DNA of 64,000 bases from NCBI RefSeq assembly GCF_009914755.1, contig NC_060926.1, one strand, 5' to 3'. Below are positions 16,296 to 30,378 of the stretch, piece after piece. A program made the translations under genes and the position numbers. Every line of letters begins with the position of its first letter. Position 1 is the stretch's first letter. Origin of the DNA: the human T2T-CHM13v2.0 reference genome, Homo sapiens. The notes beneath the pieces are model-generated. The model was not told the DNA's origin and ran no database searches. It saw only the letters and a list, made by a program, of their open reading frames with translations.

Positions 16296-17065
16296 CTTTA
16301 GAAGAACATGGTCCATCCCTGCCACCCCCTTCAGTTTTCAGGTGTATTGCTGATGGTCATACAGCAAGTTAGTAGCCCTAGTTGGGATCAGAGCCCTGAG
16401 TTGTCAACAGTGTGCCATGTCTTGTGACCGTCATGGTGGGAAATGGGCTTCTACAAAAGACGAACTTAAGATGAGGTCTACAGTTCACAGCAGTCTGCAG
16501 ATGCCCACAGTTCCTTGCTGGGGGGCAGGTTTCCAGGGAACGGGAGCTAGTTGCTGTTTCTGTATTTTCAACCAGAGAAATGTGGGCAATACAAGTGCTC
16601 CAGAAAGCCAGCAAGAGGAGTTTAGTCAGTTGCCCTTGGAAGATGCTCACCCTGGTGCTGCTGTAGTTTCCATGGAGGCTGGGCATGAGCCAGGCTTCCC
16701 AACAAGACAGGCATGTGAGCTGGTGTAATGGAAATTCAGAAGGCACTTGAGCTGGGGAGCAGAGGAGGTAGGCCAGTGACATCCACTGAGGGACAGCCTG
16801 ACAGTTACTGGGAGAGGCTGTTTGATGAGCTGGAGTCAGGCTCCCTGGGGTTGAACTCTGGCTTTCTGCATAACACGCAGTGTGAGCTTGGGTCAGTTAC
16901 TCTACCTGTCTAGGCCTCAGTTTCTTTTCCCTATAAAATGCAAAGATTGTTTGGATAACACTTTAATTGAGTAGTTGTAAGAATGAAAGAGAAAGAGGGT
17001 TAACAGGTGTCAAGCTCTGAGAACTGTGCCTGACATATAGTCAATGCTTTATGTATTAAGTATTG

Positions 17066-17326
17066 GTACTTAACAATGGTTCAACTTGATTTTTTTTTGA
17101 CTTCACAATGGCACAAAAGTGATACGCATTCAGTAGAACCTGTACTTTCAGTATTTATATAACCATTATGTTTTGCACTTTCAGTACAGTATTCAATAAA
17201 TTACATGAGATATTCAACACTTTATTGTAAAATAGGCTTTGTGTTCGATGGTAGGTTAGGTGTACGAAATGCATTTTTGACTTACTAATCGGGACATAAC
17301 CTCATTGTAAGTCGGAGCATCTGTAC
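17066..17326 (-). mobile_element. MER47-like Tigger (TcMar) element
   Basis: Ends ...cattgtaagtcggagcatctg|ta; internal aaatgcatttttgacttac. Confidence 0.7.
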
Positions 17327-19249
17327 ATAGGGAGAGACACAGTCTTAGATGTCCCACTGCACCGTCCGCCTGGACAGGAGCAAAAAGAGGCCCTGCTTTA
17401 CCCTGGATAACTCCCAAGAGCTTCTTTTAGAGTAAGTGGTTTCAGGTCCATTTGTGTCTCTGTGTGACGTTGGATTGAATCAGAGGACAGAGAAGTCAGA
17501 AGGATGGAAAGTTCCTGAAGCCAGGGAAGAAGGATGCGTCCACCGTGCTTCTAAAACCTTCTCTTTCCTGGGCGTAGGAGATCCATCCTTAAGCTCTTCC
17601 TCTAAATTGCTTTTCTTCTGGTCCTCTACAGAGGTGGCTCCCCCATTCGAGGTCTCTGGGATGCCTGGGACATTAGTGCACTTCAGGTTGAAGCATCCTT
17701 GCGATGTCGCAGGAGACACAGTTGTGCTGAATGATCACAGGGTTAGTTCCAGCTCCTTTTCCCTAACCTCTGTCTCCCCGGTAACTAACCCAGAGAAGAG
17801 CAGAGGCTTCAGAGGGCATTGTGGAGGCTGCTTACTTGGGATTTCATATTCTTCTGCTGTGGAGTTTGTCAGTTAAATACTTGCTCACTCATCCTCACAT
17901 CTCTCCCAGACCTGGCTTTCCACAGGGGAAATCATTTGCAATGCCCTGTGCTGAAGAGTCACAGGACCCGCCATGATAGGTTTGGCCCCACCGACCCCTG
18001 GAATTTCACAGAAGGGAATGGCCATTCTCACATTCTTTCGGCAGATTGGGTGAGGTTCCCTGGGCATCCTGGGATTTGGCAGTCAGCTCTTTGCCCCTCA
18101 TATACAGACCCTGGGCTGTTGAGTGTGTTCCTTCCTGCTGAGCCCAGGGTGCCCTGGGTTCTTCACGAAGCCCAGGGGGATTCTGCATGTGCAACCCATA
18201 CCCTCCATCCCACCTCTTGAACAGCCGTTGCCTTATCCACGTCAGGAGTCAGGAGTCTTGGCCCTGTTCCTGTGAACAGAGAATCTCATTTCCCCTAAAA
18301 TGCTGCCCTCTTTTAGGGGTGGTCACTCATTTTGTTTGCAGATGGATCTCTAAGCATTTCCCGGACATTCTTTCCTGCCTTGGTTAAATCTTATCTCAGC
18401 GTTAACCAGGAGAGTGAGTCAGGCTCTGAGAAACTGGCTCTGGAAGCCCTTGGGGCCCACCCACCTCCTGCCCACTCAGCCTTCCTGCCTTTCCACCATT
18501 TCTGCCCTGGATGCTTGGAGGTGGTCCATGTTCTTAAAAGGCCTTTTTCCCAATCCCTTCCTTCTGGCATCTCCATATTGTCTGAAGGAATAAAGCCAGA
18601 TGAACCATCTGACAGCTTTAATTAGGGTTAAATGAGGGCATTCGAAACTGCCACTTTTCCTTCTTTCCCATTTGAGGGACTTCCTCTTCCTGCTTCCTGT
18701 TTCCTCCCAAACTTTTCTGTCTCAGTCCCCTCCACGAAGTCCTGTAGCCTCTTCCCATCAGCTCTGTGTGTAGTAACTCAGGCCACCCTCAAGCTGCCCT
18801 CCAGGTAGGTCCTGTTATTATCTATTATTCAAATGAAGAGACCAGGCACAAAATAGGATAGTACCTTGCCCCAGGGCAAGCCAGAATCCAGACCCAGGCA
18901 ATGTGACTCCAGAGCCAGTGCCCTTAACCCCCAGCACAAAGCTGCTGGGACAACTATGTTTCAGTTTCACTTATGTTTCAGTTTCATGGGGTTATGAGTC
19001 AGGTATCAGCTGGGAAGGGACCTTTGGGACCATGTAGTCTAAACAAACCCTTCATTTTACAGTTAAGGAAACCAGATGTTGTGTACTAAGGGACCAGCCC
19101 AAGCTCACATAGGATAAGCCCCAGATCTGGAACCCAGTTTCTTGATCCCCATCATGTTTTTTTAAAACACAGTTTGTGCAGCATGAACTCTTATCATTTT
19201 AGGTGTCAGTTTCCCAAGATCAAAGGCAGGATTTACTTAGCTGTATCTA

Positions 19250-19375
19250 GGGGGATGCCCTAATTGTCCAAACTGGGCCGCTTTTGAAAATGGAGGAAAG
19301 CACTATCAGTAGTTATGCCATGACCACAGGTGTAAACTGAGATTGTCTTGGGTAAGCAGGGAAGTGTGGGTACCT
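19250..19375. mobile_element. hAT-Blackjack MITE (MER94-like)
   Basis: gtccaaactggg...ttttgaaaatg...cactat...caggtgtaaactgagattgtc pattern. Confidence 0.5.
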
Positions 19376-21514
19376 TGCCTGTGGTGGGTGTGATCTTGGG
19401 GTGGATGGGGCAGACTGGGACAGACCCAGAGGTATTTGATCCAGCAAGTGGACCGCTGGCAGCAGACAGGAGTGGGGAGTTCAGATGCCACTGTGGGGCA
19501 AGAGGCTCAGAGGCAGATTCTGGTCCCTGGCCTGGGGCTGTCGAGGGGTAGGCAGAGTCTGACTTCTAGGGACCTAGCATCCTAGGCAGGGCAGACAGGT
19601 GGACTGGGAGGAAACCATGCTGCTGCGGGGATCCCATGCAGTGTGGGCGCCAGCCTGAAGAGCAAGGCCCGACACAGAGCACCTGGTCAGTCGGGAGTAG
19701 CCAGCTCTTCCCCTTCACCAAGTTACTTGTCAACTTTTCTCTTTGGTGTTCCCATAGCCCCTTGTGTATAACTATAACAAAGGTTTCTTGAGCACCTATT
19801 ATATCCTAGTATTGAGATAGCTGCTGCTATGACTGCAGAGAGGCCATTTATGCTGGGCTATGGAGGGTCAGTGGGAGTTTGTTAGACAAGGGGAGGGGAC
19901 ATTTTGGGCAGTGAGGCCAACACATACACATTTCTAACCATTTCAAGACAAACACTCCTCAGATTCACATTGATGTATGTGATTTAAGTGATTGTAAATC
20001 CATATTTTATTAATGTAAAGGAAACTGCCTACTGTTCTGCCCTTCCTGTCAGTTTGTAATTACTTGTTAATGTATCTGTCTTCTGCCAATAGACTCAGCC
20101 CCTTCCTGGCAGAGGCTGGTGTCTCCTTTATCCCAGTATCCTCAGTGCCCAGCCCTGGCACACTCAACTTGGCACTCAGTCAATATCTGTTGGCAGGTGA
20201 ACTGTGCCAGGGTCACATGCATCTGGGACATAATCCCCCTTTGCTCTGCTGCTCCGCAGTCAGAACAGAATGTCTGAGGACAGGAGGACCCTGGGCCGGG
20301 TGTCCCAAATGCCCATCTCCTGGACCCTGGACAGGTGCTGCTGCCTAAGGTCTGTCTGGCTGTAACTTGATGCAGCTGAGACTGAGAACTGGAAGAACAG
20401 GAAGCCCTGTGACTCACAACCGCTGCAACAGGATCCTGGAGGAGTGGCCCGTATGCCTCCCTGGTCAGCTCTGCGCTTACCCGCTGCCTCGGGTTTGTGA
20501 GTCTGCAGTGTGTCAGAGCTGGCATTGGCCTGAGGTGGCATGGCTGCCCTGGCGAGGACAAGTTCCTTGTCCCATCTGAAGAAGTGGCATAGGAGATCTG
20601 AGTTTCGGTTCATGGGCTTTCAGAGGACAGGAGACTTACAGAATCCATGTTCTGCTGTGTGTCTTCCCCCCGGCTCATCTTTTTTTCTTTTATCAGAAAC
20701 ATCTGGCCCTGCCCTGGCAACTTTGTAGAATAAACTTGCTGCTCTTTGTACAGCCTCAGCCTTCCCAGGAGGAGTCTGTGAGGGCATTATTATTAATGAG
20801 GTCACTGACAGCAGTTGCTTGGCTTTCCCAGGGTGGGCACACCTGTGCCCTAGGTTAGGGCACTCGGCTGGTCACTGGATGCTATGGGTCTTCAGGGACT
20901 AGGCCTGTGATTTGGGGAGGCTTCTCCAAGTCTTGGTTTCCTTGTCAGAGAGTTGTGGTAAAACACTGGCAAAGGAATAATGCAAAAATATGAAATTCTT
21001 TTGAAATTAAGTTGCAAGCATGTGTCAGCACAGAGTCACTGGAAGTCTTTGTGTGGCCAGATTTAAATGATGGATCTCTCTTTGTTTGGCCTCTTTTGAC
21101 CTCTTTAATCTTCTTTGGCTCTTTGACTGTGTATAGTGGGTAAACTTGGGCCAAGTCAGTGCAACCTGCCTTTTTTTTTCCAGCGTCTTTTGAATTGAAG
21201 TATAATGCACATGGGAAACTGAAAGCAGCAGGTAACCACCATCCAGATCCAGTAACAGATCATTACCTGAACCAGCCCCGTGTTCTCCTACCCACCACCA
21301 CCATCAAATGTAATCACTGTCCTGACTAACAGCATAGGTCTGTTTTTGTACTTAATATAAATAGACTCATACAGGATATAAAAGATGCCATTTGTGTCTG
21401 GCATTTTTCAGCCAGTGTTTTACTGTATTTTGAGATTCATCTATGTGGTTGCATGTAGTGGTAGGTGGTGCATTCTTGTTGCTGTATACTATCTCTTGCA
21501 CCACTCTGGCTTGT

Positions 21515-21662
21515 TTTTGTTTTTAAGAGACAGGGTCTTGCACTGTTGCCCAGGCTGAGTGCAGCAGCGTGATCATGGCTCACTACAGCCTTGACCTCCT
21601 GGCTTCAAATGATCCTCCTCAGCCAAAGTATTAGGATTACTGGTGTGAGCCACTGTGCCCAT
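21515..21662 (-). mobile_element. Alu monomer (FLAM/FRAM-like), next to an L1M fragment at ~21200-21495
   Basis: gagacagggtcttgcactgttgcccaggc...gtgagccactgtgccc. Confidence 0.8.
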
Positions 21663-22166
21663 CCCACCACCCTGTTTTGACTGTGGTTGATTTAAAGCAG
21701 ACGAAAGTAGTCATAATAAGGCCCCTGACTTCCAGAAGGTATGGTCCTTTCTAAGTTTCTGTCAAAGGGGCCAAATAGGAGTGTTGACCTAATATATAGA
21801 TGACCCGATTGTATCTTCAGGACAAGAACATGCATGTTAAGAAAGGTGAAGTTCAATCAGTTGGTCTTCTAGGGTCTAGAAACTAAAAGGTAGGATTTTT
21901 AGCTGTGGTCATCTAGGGCACCTGGAGAGACGGTTCTAGATAATCAATTAGAAATATCCCAAGACTGGGGAGACAAAGTTCAGCTGTGCCACAGGCATCC
22001 TGCATCCTTTGCTTTGATGCTTCTATGCTTGTGGAGTAACTTTCTTATCCTATGTGATCACTTGAATTCAGCCCTCTACCAGGAGGGTGTGCCCTGCAGA
22101 CACAAGTGATGAACATTTGCTTATTCATGTATTATGTATTTTCTGCTTGCTTACTAAAAGGATTTA

Positions 22167-22561
<395 letters not shown>

Positions 22562-25500
22562 GTTAAACAAACTTGACGAAGCTCCAAGCTTCCTGACAGT
22601 CAAGGCAAAAAGGATAGTTAGTTCTCTTTGAGTCAGTCGTTTTCATCCCATCGGCCTCTAACAGGTAGCACAGTGTGTCTGGGCAGCCAGACTTTCTCCT
22701 GACACTAACCCTTACTGGGGACTGAATGGCTAGGGAAGCATTAGTGAAAGACACAGCAGCTTTACCTGGTGCAGTGGTCTTTATAGTCTTTCCTGTGAGC
22801 CCTTGATTAAAAGTGATAGAACTAAACCTATGAAGCATTTCATGGGGAGCTAATGTAATGTTGTGAAGGTGAGGAGCTTTCTGTTCCTGGAATTGGTAAT
22901 TTCCCAGGGTCTTAGGGGCTTGCCCATGCCTCCTGAGCCTTTTCACACTGCTGTCTCTAGGTAAGCATTTATCTGCTAAGATGGCTGAGCTCCAAAAGTA
23001 TCCCCTTTGATTGCCAGTCTCTCAGGCCACTTAAATCTGTGACACTTCCCATGGGCTGCCTTGTATTGTGCCCGACATTCTTATTAGACAAGACTCATCT
23101 CTCCACGCATTCTAGAGACACTCATTGGTCTATAATATGAGCCAGCTTCTTTGATATAAAGTCCTAGAGAGCAGGGCTGTTGATTTCTTAAAATTTTTAA
23201 GAATTGTAATAAAATATTAATCACAAAATTTACCATTTTAACCATTTTAAGTGTACAATTTAGTGGCATTAAGTGTGTTATTCACATTGCTGTGCAACTA
23301 CCACCACTATTCATTTCCAGAATTAATTTCTTGTAAAATTATGTTTCTGTACACTAGTGCTTTGTATTTAATAGCTGTTCCATAAATGCCATAACATGGA
23401 AGATGCTGGGGTTGCAACAGTAGTCAGGATTCAGGGATTGAATGATACGGATCTTACAGACTTAGACATTGAAATTTAAGGTTTCGTTTCGTCTACACTT
23501 CCCTTTTAAAACCCTTGAGTACCTTACTCAAGGTAGGATCTGTAGTACTTCATATAAAAACTGTCAAAATTGGAATATTGCTGTCTTCTGGATGTAAATA
23601 ATTTGATCAAGGCCAGGTTCCCACAGGGACCAGATGGGGTGGGCTCAGGATCCAGGCAGTGGCACCAGTCTTTCAGTTGCATTGGGCCTGCAGAATGAGA
23701 TGGGCGCTTCTGGGCCAGAAGGGTTGACATTCATCCAGGTGATCCAGATTCTAGTTTCAACTGTGTGACCTGGGTCGAGGCTGCTCCCCGATGGGCCTGG
23801 TTTCTCTGAGATCCCTTTCTTGCAGTCACCTCCAGGCCTTTCCTTCCTGGGCTTCCCCATACCTGGCCAGGACTGTGTATGGCCCACCCTGCACACTGCA
23901 TACTTCGAAGTGGAGCCTCCATGAATGTCCCCTTTTGTTCTCTCCATTTGTTGCTTTGTGACAGTGACACAATTTCCTCTCCTTTTTTAAGTGCTGGTCT
24001 GGAGGAAAATGCAGGTACTTAAGGGGATGGGTGTTAATGGCTTCCCATTTTGGGTATTATCTTATTTCCTAGAGAGTATGGGGTTAATTTGTCTTTAGGG
24101 CTTCCCCTGACACCAACCCCAATTCTGTAGAGGAAGTGGGCATGTCAGACTGGTATGTTATGGGAAAAACTGAAACTGACCAAAATTACCCAATGAGGAA
24201 GCTCTGATCTAACCCTTGCTGAAGAAATATCAACTAACAGTGCTATCTCTGTCTAACACGCCCTCGCTTCCTGGGCTGGCAGCTTGGCAGGCAGACGGGA
24301 AGGTAACCCGTTCTTCAGCCAGGCTTTGCTCTGGCCTGCCTCCGATTCCCCAGCCTGGAATGCCCCCTCCTCCTTTCCTCCTCTCCCAGATAGAGATTTA
24401 AAGAGAAGCAGCCTTGTCCATGCCCATCACAGAAAGAGAAGGAATAGTTTGGGGAAACAGCCTCTGCTTTGTGACTAAGGAGGGTTGAGAAATGTCTGTG
24501 ATTGCCTGAAGGTGCCCCTGGGTGGAGAGAAGCTTTAGAAGAAAGAAGGGGTGGAAGGAAAGGGGGGGTGATAGAGAACTCTTTTGTCCCCACAGTTATG
24601 CTAATGACTCTGTCATGTGGGGCTATTCATCCTGTTTTGTGGCAAGGAAGCTGGGGTTCAGATGAAGAGTCCTCTAATGTCGCACACCTGTACGAACGCT
24701 ACCACTAGGATTTGCATACTGGTGTTTCTGATGCCAGAGCACTCCTTTCACCACCACCAGCTACAAATCAAGGGTTGACCTGAATGAGTCTGCTTTGATA
24801 GTATCCAGAAACTTACATCTCTTAAAAACAAATGCAGAGTTTGTCTTCCCAACTCCCAGCAGGCTGGATCAACACAGGATTACTTCACAGGGTCACACCT
24901 GGCCTAATATCTTAACCACCGACTCTCAAAGATTCCAGGCAGAAAAGTGATATGCAGCGTTGATCAGAACAGGGCCAACCACGATCACGTTATTGGCATA
25001 TTGGAAACCTCCCAGAGGAGAGGGGAAGGTGTTTGAGCCCCAGCCTTAGAGGTGTCATTTGGTTAGTCTGGAATGGATCCTTGGAATTCTTACTGTTTTC
25101 TTTAAAAGCTCCTCATGTGATTCTGATGTGCAGCAAGTTTGGAAACTCTTATCACAAGTGACAGAATGGAGATTAGGCAGAAGTATCAGAAAGCAGATTT
25201 ATCTTTGATTGAGGAAACTCTTTGAAACAAGTAGAGCTGTTCAAAAATGGAATTTAGAGAAATAGCGAGCCTCTCAGGCTTGGAAGTATTCAAACCTAGG
25301 CCACATGACTATCAATTGGGTGGAGAGAGACAAACTAGATAAATTCGAATACTATGTTTAGTGGGATTTTCGAACTAGTTACCCTAAGGGCCTTTCCTTT
25401 CTATGGATGAATACTTTTCAGCTGCAGTCCCACTGCTGTGTGTACATCTGCTATCACCTGCTTGGCTTTCTCCTTTGACTTTGGGCCTGGTGCTCCCTCC

Positions 25501-28087
25501 CACTGATGGCACTGTGGGTGAAAGTTGGCAAGATTCTGAAAATTGCATTCATCTCCTTCTCAATCCAGGAAAATCATCTTTGTATGGTGGCTGCTTCTTG
25601 TTTCTGACTTCTGCTTCCCTTGGCTACCAACACAGCAGTGCCTACCAGGGCTGGGTGGGCTCCACTGGTGTGTTTAGGAAACTGTGGCATTAAGTGATTA
25701 TTAATTATCCCTTCCTGAGTGGCCCTAATAAGCTGAGTGGACACATCATCATGCCCTGGTGCCATCTGTTCTCAAGTTTTGAGAGTTCAAAGAGCTCTGA
25801 TGTGAAAGAGGGGAAGTTTGGGCCAAGCTACTGGCCTGGACATTTTTCACTGTTTCATATCCACAGCTGTTTCATATCTTCTCTCTTAGTCTCCTCATGT
25901 GATGGAGAGGAAAATAAGGTCCCAGGGTCATCCAAGAAACCACAGGGCAGGCTGGGAGTGCCCATCCACACTAAGAGGGGCCCACAGGACAGGCGAGGGT
26001 GGCTGTCCTGACGGCCTGGCAGTGGGGCCAGACAGACCTCTGTGGAATCCCATCTCTGCCCCTCATTACCCAAGTGATCTATAAAACGGAGGTGCAGAAG
26101 TTTTACGAAGACAATGGAGAACAGGTCAGGAAAGCCGGAAGTGCCTGACAGGTGAGAAATGCTTGAGGAATGCTTAGCCGCTGTAACCATCACCCCATTA
26201 CTGTTTTCATCTGTCATTGAACATGTGGAAGATGGTTATCTATGGGGCAAAAGGCAACGTGGATAAAGGGTGACTGTTTAACTCGATTCTTCAAGGGTTG
26301 AGGATGAGAAGTGTCTGACTGGATTTCCAACATGTCTTGAAACAGTTTAAACATCGAAGATAAACTAAGATTGGCTGTCGTAGAATTTGCTTTTTTGTGT
26401 GCATAACCTCATGCTTCTGGACATGATGATAGGACCATTTAATGAGGTGGAACAGGCTCAGCTCCTCAGTGCAGGAACTCCTGTGCCCTTTGCAAACACC
26501 TGAAGCCTTCCATAGAGGGTGGAGGTGGGGCGGGGGCACCAAGAAGCTTCTGGGCCTCTCTTCTCTTTGGGAAAGTAGTGAGGTGAGAGTGTCTTTGTCA
26601 GGTGTCACCCTCATGACAATGTTCAGAGACATGTCTGCTGCCCCAGACCTGCTCAGTCACCTCTGTGTGCCTCACTCTCCACTGCGTGCTGTTCATGTCT
26701 GCATTGGGAGGTGACTGGAATAGAAGATGGCCTTTTAATGGATATGGACAGCCTGCATTCCCTGCAATGCTGTTTGACCTGTATAGACCCTGCTGTATCC
26801 AGGCAGGCAGGGGGCAGTCATCTAGCAGAGTGGACAAGAGCACAGACCAGCCAAACTTCTCTATCAAGCCAAACGTGGCCCCTCGTGTCTGTGTGACTTC
26901 CCCTCTCTGTAGAATAGAGATGCTGGCACTTCCTACCTCAGAGGGCTGTTCTAAGGATGAAATGAACTAATGGGAGCAAACCCGGAGAATAGGATCTGGC
27001 ACAAAGCAGGAGCCACGTGAGGGCTTGCCATTATTACAGTTGCCCATGAGGACATCTCAGGCTTTTCCTGGATGTGGCCTCGCATTGGCTTCTGGTCTGG
27101 GTAGCCCCAGACTTTGCACATTAGCCCTGAGATGTGAAAGTTGTAATGTAGCATTCCTGGGCCAGTCAGTGTCTCATTGGATCTGGAGTGGGAAGCCTCC
27201 AGGGTGGTCAGAGTTACCCTTGAACTAGGGTCACTGGAGATGGCTAGAGATTTGTCTGACACTTCACTGAAAAGAAAGGGGCCTTGTCTAGTGTCAGGCT
27301 GAAGCTGCACCCTTTTTCCTCCTGGGGAGCCTCAAATGTCCTTGTTGGGGAGGCCCAGGCCTCCTCAGGAGCACCTTGGTTCCCAGATATTGTAGGAACC
27401 AGAGATCAGAGACCCAGCTTGTGGGATGGAGGGTGGGGGGCTAGTGCCCCACAGCCCTGGAGGTTGTGGTAGATTCCAGGAGTTGGAAACAAGCTGGGCA
27501 ATATAGCAAGACCCTGTCTCAAAAATAACAATTAAAAGATTAAAAAAAAAAAACAACAAAAAACGAGTGAGAGTTATCTGATGCTTCTCATTCTCCTGGT
27601 ATTAAATCTGGGAAAAGTTCATGTGAATTTATGTGGGAAACAGGATCAGTGAAAGAACTAGGGAGAGTTGCCTCCGCATGAGCACAGAGGCTGCATTATC
27701 ATTTACATAGAGCCTCTCCATTGTGCCAGGCACCGTGCCAGCCTCCAGGTATGCAAAGGTGAACAAGCAGACATTGTTCTAGCCTTTGGTACTTATGATT
27801 TGGACCCTAATAAATATTTAGTTCCAAATTGTGGATAGTGTTGCGAAGGGAAAAGCTCAAGTTCTTAGAATAACAGGGAGGCCTGGCTGTTGTGATCTGG
27901 AGGATGAGAAGAGGCCTCTACAGAGAGAGGCCTGAAGGAGTGGTAGCAGATCGTCAGGGCATGTACCTGGAGGGCCTGTGTGTGTGAGCTCCAAGGCAGG
28001 GATGGGCAAGTTGGGGAAGTTGGGGAACTGAACCAGGGAGAGAATCTACACAAAGAGTCCAGACCTTACCATAAGATTAGGAGGTGG

Positions 28088-28558
<471 letters not shown>

Positions 28559-29136
28559 AAGATTAGGAGGTGGCTAGAGGCCCGATCATGTGGGGCCCTG
28601 AAAGGATTTTGAGCTTTGTTCCAATGGAAAGCCCTGAAAGCCGGGGATCAGCGGAGTCTGGCTGGGTGTGGAAAGTGGATGGAAGAGGTAAAAGCGGAAC
28701 TGGGGATTGTAGGCGTCCGGGAAAAAGGTGATGGCTACCTGGCCTAGGGTGAGGGGCAATGGGATTGCTGTGACTGGCCATGTCAGGTGCTGGGGGAACA
28801 AGAGATGAGGGTAATGAACCCTGGCTCCAGTGATGTTGTCACAGGCCTTCCGACTCAACCATTCTGAAAAGAACTCTCCTCTGTCCTAATAGGCCTTTCC
28901 TCAGGTATGCACCAGTTCTCCAAAAATTAGGTCTATTTTTATAATTTTAATTTTTTGGTTTTTTTTTTTTAAGACAAAGTCCTGTCAAATCGGTTCCTAC
29001 TAATGGTCTTTAATAATAACTTTCTGTACATAACAGATTTTGTTCTTTTGAAGAGCTGAGTGGTGTTCCATGACGTACACCTATGCCATAATTTATTTAA
29101 CCAGTGGTTTCTGCTCTTGTCTTCCTCCTTTTTCAG

Positions 29137-29299
29137 GTTGACCAGTATCTCTACCACATGCGCCTCTCTGATGAGACCCTCTTGGAGATCTCTAAGCGGT
29201 TCCGCAAGGAGATGGAGAAAGGGCTTGGAGCCACCACTCACCCTACTGCAGCAGTGAAGATGCTGCCCACCTTTGTGAGGTCCACTCCAGATGGGACAG
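29137..29299 (+). CDS. HK2: HK2 exon 2 ([16 protein letters not shown]...[11 protein letters not shown])
   Basis: Pyrimidine tract+tttcag acceptor, 163 nt, donor G|gtactg; in frame with exon 1. Confidence 0.99.
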
Positions 29300-29811
29300 G
29301 TACTGCATCTGGGGGATGGCTCTAGCTGCTGCGTTACTCAGGGGTGATTTAGTTGGCTTTGCTCAGGGACCCAAATAACTCAAAAGCCTCAGAAACCAAC
29401 CCTGGCTAAGGGAAGCATCCAGGGAATTGAATGGAAGGCTGTGTGACGGATGGACAGGAAGCTTGGGAAAAGCTGGCAGTCCTGGCAGTTAAGGGAGGGC
29501 ACCTTTGTCAGCCCTACTGTGGCATCACTGTTGGCCATTTGTTTTCTACCTGTGTGCTGAGAAAGGCTGCTTGGCTCAGTTTGGCATTTTATGGTCCCAC
29601 TGAGATTGCACGCAGTGATGGTGATGAACTACAACAAACGTACCTCACGTGGCCACAACTGTAGGCCGTGGGAGCCGCTCTGTGGCTCACCTGTGCATGC
29701 TCTAACTGGGACGCCGGACGCCGTGTAGGCATGTGGGAGGGACAGTGTAGTGCAGATTGACCTAGATTTTTTTCTTGAGCCCCATGTAAAAAGTACTAGA
29801 AATCCAAATAG

Positions 29812-30132
<321 letters not shown>

Positions 30133-30223
30133 CACAGTGCATATTAAGGAATTAAAGGCTCAGAAGTCCTGCAATACAAACCTATTAAGCTTTGTTTAAT
30201 CATCTTATTTGGATACAGAGTAC

Positions 30224-30378
30224 TTTTTTTTGAGATGGAGTCTCGCTCTGTCACCCAGGCTAGAGCGCAGTGGCGTGATCTCCATTAGCCAGAATGGTCT
30301 ATATCTTTTGACCTCGTACCCGCCCACCTCGGCCTCCCAAAGTGCTGGGATTACAGGCGTGGCTACCGCACCCAGCCC
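30224..30378 (-). mobile_element. Internally deleted Alu
   Basis: Right-arm end joined directly to left-arm sequence at ~30283. Confidence 0.85.
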
